This document shows, in pieces, positions 54,558 through 64,000 of a DNA stretch of 64,000 nt. The notes beneath the pieces were generated by a model. The model did not search any database, was not told where the DNA came from, and saw only the letters and a list, made by a program, of their open reading frames with translations. The stretch's first letter is position 1; each line of letters begins with the position of its first letter. A program made the translations under genes and the position numbers. Location of the stretch: positions 2,881,130 through 2,945,129 of the forward strand of contig MU054391.1 in the NCBI GenBank assembly GCA_013239625.1, in the 5' to 3' direction. The DNA comes from Lama guanicoe (Eukaryota).

Positions 54558-55062
54558 CGAAGAGGTCTTTATAATGTTCCTCCTCCATGAGAGTCTACCT
54601 GCTTAGCTTCGAATGCTGATCATACGGGGTCTGCCCCAGTCCTGGAAGGCACGGTATTCCCTGCCAGTGGCACCAAAGCTTCCTTCAGCTCATTCAGCCT
54701 TTTGTATTTGACCCACAAGTGTTCTGTTTAACGTCGTATTGATCAAATCATCTGTTTAACTGCTTAACACAATCAGGAGAACACAGCAATAACATGAATG
54801 AGCAAAATGTGCAGTTTATTTGGGAAAGACAAGAATTCACTGTGTAGCTCTGAAAATAATTTATCGGCTACATTTACAGTGAGAAAACTCGAGGAGGAAC
54901 ACAGGTGGACCCAGAGCTTTGTGGGAGAACTTCACTCCATCCAGGCGCTGGAAAAGTGCCCCAGGGTGCAGTCGACCTCACGTTTGCTAAAATTTGTTTT
55001 ATTTAATCTATTTTTTGTGAGACCGAAATCATAAACATGTGTTTATTCAAAATATATTGAGC

Positions 55063-55320
55063 ATATATGCCCATGGGTGGGCTTGCTGGGTCATATGGTA
55101 AGTCTATTTTTAGTCTTTTGTGGAATCTCCATACTGTTTTCCATAGTGGCTGCACCAAACTGCATTCCCACCAGCAGGGTAGGAGGGTTCCCTTTTCCCC
55201 ACAGCCTCTCCAGCATTTCTCGTTTGTGGACTTTTGAATGATGGCCATTGTACCCCAGAAATTGACACAACATTGTAAACTGACTATACTTCAATAAAAT
55301 GTATATACCAAAAAAACTAA
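55063..55320 (+). mobile_element. 5'-inverted, internally deleted L1 3' end
   Basis: 55063-55249 is antisense ORF2 ([19 protein letters not shown]...LPYDPA). 55250-55320 is the sense extreme 3' tip with AATAAA and A-tail. Confidence 0.88.
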
Positions 55321-55366
<46 letters not shown>

Positions 55367-55367
55367 C
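55321..55367. repeat. Compound (AT)n(AG)n(CG)n microsatellite
   Basis: Direct reading. Confidence 0.95.
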
Positions 55368-56112
55368 GGGCGCAAGGGAGAGCATATAGTCTGTGGCAGT
55401 CAACGCAATAGATATTAGCTTAGATACAGAAACAAAATTTGTTTTAAATTCAGTTCTGCCCCAGCAGCCCCTCAGTAAGACCCTGAACATCTCTGAGTCT
55501 TTGTTGTCTCCACTGTAAGAAAAGCAGGTGCTAAGAAAGCCACGGTGTGGAGCTGTGGTGACCTTGAGAAAAGCCCACTGGGTTTGAGGACCTTGACCGT
55601 TTGATGCTGGGTCCTAGCTCCAAACCCTGGGCCAAAGAGCTTCCAGCTGCTGCGGCAGGACGCCGCCCTCCAGGCGCACTAGTGCGTGAAGAATCAGGAA
55701 CGGCGGATTTGATCTTTGCCAACCCAGAAAACCATTAGTTGCACATCCTTTAGTCAAAAACACATTTTTCATTTTTTGTCAGGGCTGAAGTGCTTGCAAA
55801 CAACAAAACAAACTCAGCCTGGAAGGTGGGCTTCTCTCGGTCTTTGCGCTCACCCTCCTGATTAACGTCATTTCCTGTTCCCAAGAAATCTGTCTCTTTT
55901 TCAGTCGCTGACTTGAAGCTGGCCCTCAAGGTTGAGTTAAGACTCAGTCTCTCATCAGACCAAAACATCTGGGGATGGAAAGAAAAAAGTTGGAAAAGGA
56001 TAAAATTCATTGTTTTCCTACTAAAGCTGACTGACTTTGAGGACGTACAGATTTACAAAACCCTTATCAGCATCATACAAAAAATAACATTCTGTTGTAA
56101 GTAATGGGTACA

Positions 56113-56550
56113 TTTTATGGGTTGAGCTGTGTCCTCCCCAAAATTCATATATTGAAATTCTAACCTGAAGGACCTCAGGATAGGACCTTGTTATGAAATA
56201 GGATCGTGGCAGGCGTAGTTAGTTAAGGTGAGGGAATCCCTCATCCAGTATGACGGGTATCCTTATAAAAAGGGAGATTGGAACACAGACGCGTGCACAG
56301 AATGAATGTCATGTGACGATAAAGACAGAAATCAGGGTGAAGCATCTATAAGCCAGGAAATGCCGATGACGGCCAGCAAACCCCTGAAGCCAACAGAGAG
56401 GCTGGACCAGGTCTCCGTCAGCCCCAGAAGGAACTGACCCTGCGGACAACTTGCCCTCAGACTTCTGACCTCCAACCAGAGACAGCAAGTTTCCGTTACG
56501 TAAGCCGCCTAGTTTTCAGTACCCTGTTCTGCCAGCCAAGCAAACTAACA
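56113..56550 (+). mobile_element. MLT1-type (MaLR) solo LTR
   Basis: ttatgggttgagctgtgtcctccccaaaattcatatattgaa...ccttataaaaaggga...caaactaaca. Confidence 0.85.
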
Positions 56551-57314
56551 GGGTACATTTACCATTTTATGTGTCATTTGCACTAAAAACAGCTCCCCAT
56601 TCAGTATGTCCACCTCCTCACCTCCTCTTTCTCCTAAATCCCACAGAAATGACGGTCCATGTGCACCTGGGAAATACATCTGTCACGCTAAGAACATTGG
56701 GAGAAGATGCCTTTGTGGGTCTGAGACTTTGTCATATTTGGGGGAAACCAAAAAGGAGCTGGTCCAAGGTTGAGCAGTGGGGACAGAGCGACACGCGGAT
56801 ACACACGGGCGGAGTTTGCTGGGAAAGAGCCGCCTCGCTCACGTGGAGCTGCTGTGCTCCTGTGAACAGAGTCTAGGCTTGGGAGCGCGTTAAAAACCTG
56901 CTGTGCGGGGATGAGTCCTGTGTGGATGATGAGAAATAGTTACGCTTGTCGTAGCCGGGAAGTGGTTTCAGACATGGAGACTGCAGGACAGCTGGAGCGG
57001 GAATCAGAAAGCCACCCTCTCTGTCACTTGCCCTGAAAGGTCCCCCAAAGACGGTGGCTCTGCCGTGACAGCCGAACTGTCTTGGGGGGGGGGGTTTGGT
57101 CCACACCGTGGGGATGGAAGAAAACACGGGAAGAAGCCAGTGGGACCCAGCAGGGAGTCATGTAACTGCCTCCTCTTCAAGCACAGCGTGGGAGAAAACT
57201 TGTCGTCCTCCAGATGAGAAGCGAGGTGTGTACCACAAATAAATCATTTCCCAAAGTGACAAACTGCAACAGGAACAGCACGCCTCTCTCTTTTTAAAGC
57301 ATGTTAGAGCAGTC

Positions 57315-57413
57315 TTTATTTTTTGTTTATTTACTTTCTAATGGAGGTGATGGGGATTGAACCCAGGACCTCGTGCCTGCTAAGCATGGCTCTACCGCTG
57401 ATCTACACCCTCC
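57315..57413 (-). mobile_element. tRNA-derived SINE (vic-1-like)
   Basis: ggggattgaacccaggacctcgtgcctgctaagcatggctctacc; probable TSD gagcagtcttt / gaacagtattt. Confidence 0.85.
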
Positions 57414-60074
57414 GGAACAGTATTTCTCATCACACAGTATTTACCATATTACTTGAATCAGCATTGCCACAGGGTATTTTTTCTTCCTGTAGAAGTGAGG
57501 ACAGCAATTTTTAAAGCACATGATTCTTATTTAAATTTATTTTAAACATTTATATATAATTTGAATATGAAATGAAAGGAAAGGAAAGAAACAGTCCTCA
57601 GTTTCTTTTGATGTTAGTTGTAAAATCTGTAGTACAGAGTTTTCAGGGAAAAGCCGATGATGGAGGTAGGGGCTTTCAGAATTTCTACTACTCAGACAAT
57701 TTACCTGAGTCAGTCAGAATAAGCTATGGTGTGATGACAAAAACAAAGGAACAAAAGAAAATCCACCAACCAACCAACAGAAAAAGGCTCCTGGATTCTC
57801 ACCTCCTGCACAGTTCACAGTAGCCAGGGTCACTATTTCACACTCCACTCCAGAACCCAGGCTGGTACTGGAAACCGGAAACATCGCAGGTTTCCAGAAA
57901 GTCGGAGCAGCAGCGAACACGCTTGGCCAGAAGCTACACGTGTCAAGTCCCCTTGCACATGATTGAATAAAGCCAGGCAAGTGCCCCCCCACACACACGG
58001 GGTCCAGGAGGGGCAGCTCTCCGATCAGAAGGTCCAAAGCCACACACACTGACTGCGAAACACTCAGATAATGGCTATTTCATAAAGTGAAAAGTTGAGA
58101 TTAAAACCTACCCCATGTAACACTAATAAGCAGGTAAAATTATATAGGGCACTCGTTTCAAGCAAACATTATCATTTTCTCTGTTTTCTGTAACTGAACA
58201 CAATTTCTCTATCAAGCCTCTACTTGGCCCAAAGGCAGAAACTTACTATTAGACAATTAGGGTCAATTTAGTCAAACAGATGTTTATTTAGTTCAGCGTT
58301 TTGTATAAATTACCACGAAGGCAGGCTTCCGTAGGAAAGGAGATGATTTCCTCTGTAGTCTACATCTGACTGCGTGGGCGTTTTCTGAATCATGCACCGT
58401 TCTCTTAGACTGGGGGTCCTGAGCATCTGCGCGGTGGGTAATCACTGGAAGGTAGGAGCCCTCATCTCGGTATGGTCTTCTGGGTGATGCACTGTTCTCG
58501 CTACATGAGTGGGAAACAGTTGACTTCCTCCGATAAACTGGAGGTGATGTCAGCCTCTCTGCTCAGCCCCACTTCTCCAGGGGCTCACACCTCGCTGGAG
58601 GTTACAGAGGAATTTTGCACCTTGCTGACTCCCAGCCTGGTATCCACTAGGGCCTGCGGGTTGCGGGTGCGAGCAGCTGGGGGCTTAGCTCTCCCGGCAG
58701 GGGTGCACATTAACTCAGCAAGTATTCATACGAATCTCGGCTTTACACGGAGAAGCCCAGGAGTAGCTATTCGCCCTTTCCCCCCCACGTTTCTGTTATA
58801 TCAGCTCATCTCTAAAGACCTTGTAAGTTAATATCTCATTTGGATGGAAAGAATGATGAGGTCAAAAGGCACTGTAACACTGCATTGATTAACCATTTAA
58901 AATATTATCAAAAGACACGTGTAGACGTGTCCAAGGAAACGTGCGATCTCAACAGTAGATTTCCCAATAAGACAGCTACAAACTCTTGGATTTTTGAAGA
59001 CCTGAGATCAAATTTCTGTTCAGACCTTTACTGGTTGCTTAAGATTGGACAAAGCCGTTTACCTGTCTGGGTCCAATTTTCCTTGAAAATATTTGGTGCA
59101 GACCCGTGCTGGTGCAGGCTGAGTACTCAGTAGATAATGGTTCTCGTTGCTGCTATTAGCATACTGCTGCTTTTAAATTTACCACTATTCATGCATTTAA
59201 TCATTAACAGTAGGAGACCTGATAGTGACCTGCCTCTTGGAAGGATGGGAAATCGAGTCAGACCTAATCTGTGCTTTACAATATAGTGCAACATAAATTA
59301 ATTCAAGAAAATCACTGGTTACAGAGTTCTGTTTTAGTGTAGACAGATAGAACAACTTAAAAATCACAGGCATGATATGATGTTGGAATTTGCTTTAAAA
59401 TAAGCTGAGAGATGACTTACTAATGAAAAGAATGGCCACAAATTATTGATTGTTGAAGGGTGATAAAGCATGAGGTCGATGGTATTTATTCTTGTGTATG
59501 TGGGGAATTTTCTGTTTTATACTTTTTTCATCACTGGCACACGTATTTGAAGCAAAACAGACAAGGTGATTGTGCACTCATGGGTCTAATGAATCAAAGT
59601 GCTTCTACAAAACATTACTCCTTTCTCTCCCCTTCCTAGAACGGGGATGTCTCGTGAAATTTACATGGAATTTGAAGATCCCAGAAGGAAAAAAATACAT
59701 TAGAGGTGACTTTACTGGACAAAATATAGGACAGTTATCACTTTCAAATAAATTATTTGGGGTTTTTATGGTGTTGGATTTTCAGATAGGAAATTGTTTT
59801 TTGAAGTCTAGTAAATTTCAGTTACATGTTTCATTAGATATATTTACTAAATTTAGAAGTAGATAAATATATTTATTAGATTTTTTTACTAGAATATACC
59901 TAATGTTGTATTAGAATCTACCTTGAAAACCCCTTACAGGCTAGTCACTCTGTAAGGTGTATGTTATCTTGCACCGCCCCTGCTCCAGGATGCTCTTTTG
60001 TGGGCAGGATGGGATGTTCCCAACTGAAGTAAGGAAGTAAACCAGGGAACAGAAAGGCTGAGTAACGAGCTTCA

Positions 60075-60785
60075 GTTGGTGGGAATGTAGCTGGTGTAGC
60101 CGTTATGGAAAACAGTATGGAGATTCCTCAAAAAAAAATTAAAAATAGAGTTACCCTATGAGCCAGTAATTCCACTCCTGGGCATAGATCCAGAGGGAAC
60201 TCTAATTCGAAAAAATAATGCACCCCAATATTCATAGCAGCAGTATTTACAATCGCCAAGACATGGAAACAACCTAAATGTCATTGACAGTTGAATGGGA
60301 TAAAGAAGCTGTGGTATATTTATGCAATGGAATACTACTCAGCCATAAAAAGAATAAAATCATGCTTTTGCACCAGCATGGATGGACCTGGAGAAGGTCA
60401 TTCTAAGTGAAGTAAGCCAGAAAGAGAAAGAAAAATGCCGTATGATATCACTTGTATGTGGAATCTAAAACAAAAGACACAAATGAACTTATTTACAAAA
60501 CAGAAAGAGACTCACAGATAGAAAGCAAACTTATGGTTACCAGGGGAGAAAGGAGGAGGGAAGGGATAAATTGGGAGTTTGAGACTTGCAGACACACACT
60601 ACTGTATATAAAATAAACAGCAAGTTTCTTCTGTCGAGCACAGGAAGCTCTATTCAATGTATCGTAGTAACTTATAATGAAATAGAATGTGAAAACGAGT
60701 ATGTGTATGTGTTTGCATGACTGAGACATAATGCTGTACACCAGAAACTGACCCATTGTAACTGATTATAATTTAATTAAAAGAA
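60075..60785 (+). mobile_element. 5'-truncated L1 (ORF2 end plus 3' UTR)
   Basis: Colinear with 6989-7626 and 23433-24150 (ggaaaacagtatggagattcctc...ccagaaactgacccattgtaactg). Confidence 0.92.
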
Positions 60786-62334
60786 AGACACCGTGGGTGT
60801 ACCTGATTCTTGAAAGGCGGAGTTCTTAATGCATATGAAAAGGCCTTCCTCCCTGTTTGCTTCACGTCTGTCAGCCCATGGTCCTGCGGTGATGAGGATG
60901 GAGCGAAAGGAACAGAGTGGTCCAGTTAACCCGTCAGCCTGGCAGCGAATGGACAAGAGCACTGCAGGGATCTGGGGAGAAAATACGTAAGGTATACTTT
61001 CACACTCCTCCCTCTTCTCCATTTTAACAACGCCTTTTGTGTTGGTATTTTTTTAAGTCTTACAAATCACTTTTCTTCCCTGAAATCTTCAATCCCTTCA
61101 TTTTCATAGCACCCCCCCACCCCGACCCCCTGTAACCATCCAGTGAAGCCCCACGTTAGTAACTCTGGGCAATCAAGTCAGTCAGTCAGGGAATGCAGAC
61201 GTGTAAAAGTAACAGTTTAGGGGGACAGAATGTCAAATCAGCAAAACTTGAAGGGAGCCGAGGGCACCAGAGTCACCCTGCGGGAATCCAGGCGGTGATG
61301 GGGTCTAAACCCTCCTCTGGGCAACGCCCCGCGGCACCACCTCCACCACCAGCCGAGCTCCTGGCTCCATCTCACCCAGGTGGGCGTCAGAGTCCCTGAT
61401 GAATCAGCCACCAATCATTAACCAGGTCCCTTTCTTACCTCTCTCCCACGGGCGGGCGAGAGAGGTAATCCCAGAACAATGGAACAGCTTTGGAAGTGGC
61501 AAGGGCCTCAGGAAAGAGAAAGACAAAAGGCCTTCTTGGACTTGGCCGTGGGATTTGGCAGAGTTTAGCTTGGAGCCTTGGCCGCCACGTGTCCTGGCAT
61601 TTTCTCTGCCTCTCCCAGGACTTCTCAGATTGAAAACCAGGTCGGAGGCATTTGAATCGGCCCAGAGGACCCCTGCCCGTCCACGCCCTCCTCGCTTTGT
61701 CATGGCTTTCAGAATTAGCTGGGAACATGCATAAGAAAGCAGCGGCCTGGGGCTGACTTCCTCCAAAACACTCATTTTGCAGGGGCGGAAGATTTCCAGG
61801 TGTTCCTGGACCTAAGGGCACATCACAGACACCTACGAGGGGCCCTGAAACGTCACCAAGATGGCCTGTAAATTGCATTTCTGTATTTTTCACTGCAAAG
61901 GGGAGAAGTCTGGCCGTGCGGAAGGCCAGCTCTAATGCTGACTCCGAGGCCTTGGAAAGCAATTTAACCCTAACGTTGGGCCCCTTTGCTCACTATTTCC
62001 ATTGTCATAATGAGGATAGTGACAGGCTGTCTGGAGATTCAAATTAAAAAAATATGCAAATTTTTTTCTAAGCCTTTAAGTGCTATATAAACAAAGAATA
62101 TATTATTCCTCATAGCTGAACAGCTAATAGAATTTGCATTGCTCTGCCTTCATTGTACCATTGATTCATGGTCCTCGCACTTATTAATTGTAGCCAATTA
62201 AGAAAACAAATAAGCATAAAGAAAAAAACTTAAAAGTAGTGTGCGACTTGACTGTTCAGGTTTAGCCATTGTAAATATATTGTTTATCTCCTTTCAGTAT
62301 TTAAATGAATATGATATTAGATCATGTGTGTGTT

Positions 62335-62415
62335 TTTTTTAAATTATTCTTTCATTAATTTTGTTTTGTTGAAGTATGGTTGGTTTACCACGGTGCATGA
62401 GTTTCTGGTGTACAA
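62335..62415 (-). mobile_element. L1 extreme 3' tip
   Basis: ttgttgaagtatggttggtttacc...tttctggtgtaca. Confidence 0.65.
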
Positions 62416-62549
62416 GATGTGTGAATTTATTTATTATTTTGAATCCAAGGCATTTCCAGGCTGCTTTAGCGTTTACAAGGGTCCGGGGCTGTTCTAGGCT
62501 TTCCAGGGTGGGTCATGTGATACAGCAACACCATGACATGGGATTGCTG

Positions 62550-62680
62550 TAATCACCTGCATTTTCACTCGAGTAAACTGAGGCACGAGTTAAGCAGCCC
62601 ATCCAAGATGACTCAGCAGTGATGACAGAGGAGAGATTCAAAGCCGGGGGTCCTGAAATCAGAGCAGGTGCGCTCGCCCA
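62550..62680. mobile_element. MIR SINE
   Basis: cattttcactcgagtaaactgaggcacgagttaagcagcccatccaagatgac. Confidence 0.6.
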
Positions 62681-64000
62681 CTCAGCCTTGGGGCCTCATT
62701 TCTCTCTGGAGGAGTGTTTTTGTGGCGGGGAAGTGGCGGCTTGATCGTATTTTAATTCTTCTCGTCCGGCCACCTTCCTCCGTGTCTTTGCCCACACAAC
62801 ACTGTGCATGAAGTGCTGGGCTCGGTCCACCTTCCCTGAGCCACATTTAAGTGAAATCAGACCCTTCTCCAAGCAAGACCCACCGCGCACGACCAAGCCC
62901 TCCGCACGCACGGAGTTCAGACCCAGGTTAAGCCTTGCACGTTCTGCTGGCCGCCCTGGTGACTGAGGTGGCCCCTCTGTCCTCTAAACACGTAGCATTG
63001 GCTACCCACACCTCTCAGGTCACATTTAAAAATGCCCTCTGCATTTTTACGGAAGTGCAATGCCCGCGCTTAGCTTTAGGGACCGGGACTAAACTGTGTC
63101 CCCGGGTCCCGCAGTTTCCCCGCTGGTCTCACAATGCTCTTTACCGTCTGTGTGAACAAAGCATCGTCCCACTCAGATGACGAGTGAAGCTGGGTGGTCC
63201 CCGCGTCTCCCTGCATCGAGGATGGCTGCTCTCCTCACTGCACGGCCTGCTGGACGAGGCAGGATGTTCGGGATGGGTGTGGCTCACCTCCGTCTGACTA
63301 GAAGCTCGAATGGATTCAAGTTAAACATTTTGGAGAAGAATACACAAAGGTGGTAACTCCATTCTCTTGTAAATTATGTGTAAAGTGTCTTAACGTTAAC
63401 AATTATGTAGAATGTCCCTGTAAGATTGAATGTGGCTCCAGAAAAGTCACCACGATGTCTTTCTTTTATAACCCACAGTGTCAGACACAGATGACGACTG
63501 GTTTCAGCATCACTTACAAAGTCAGTGAGTGGGTGGTGGACCAAGACCAGTTAGCGGCTGGTGCTTTTCTAGTAACCCATTCGCCGGTGCGCTCACCCAG
63601 CACCCTGTCCCCTGTTTGGCGGTGCAGGTTGCTGCTGCCCGTTTGAAGTGGCACACGAGAGAATCAGTGGTGGGGAAGGTGTCTCCAGTGTATGGTCTCC
63701 CGTTCCTGTGCCCTCCCGTAGCGTCACGCTTAGCAACTATTAAGCACTACTCGGTTTTCTGATGCTTACAGATAAGCATTCAGGTGCCCTTTGAAGAATC
63801 ACTCCCTGGTCTCAGACCGTCGGTTCTCTAAGTAGCCATGGAAAGCACAGGTGTCAAGAGCTTCGCCAGGCCCCCTGGGAGGGGACTGTGGCCGTGAGGA
63901 GAGAACCGGGATCTGCTGGGGCTCCCTAGGCGCCCCGCACCACGGTCCTCACTCTTGTGGGTAAGACTGTCAATCCTTACAAACCTGTTGGTGTTCATTA

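Overview
Mammalian genomic DNA containing the single-exon SoxC gene SOX11 (CDS 33327-34670, + strand, 447 aa). The gene has a CpG-island promoter and a ~7 kb 3' UTR ending at AATAAA 41673. The tRNA-Ala-like SINEs resemble camelid vic-1, so the source is probably camel, alpaca or llama (inference). The flanks are gene desert with L1 3' ends, MLT1/MLT2 LTRs, MIR, L2, MER5 and microsatellites. No other protein-coding gene is supported, and I found no clearly novel biological system. The most interesting structure is (i) the 3' UTR: multiple polyA signals, an internal CpG island, a G4 motif, miRNA seed matches and a thrice-repeated 9-mer; (ii) two twin-primed inverted L1 insertions, one with a microsatellite apparently born inside its TSD; (iii) a perfect 87-bp tandem duplication; (iv) an in-frame open 5' leader; and (v) a visible AT-to-GC substitution bias. 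Repeat family names and human comparisons are from recall, not database searches, and repeat boundaries are approximate.
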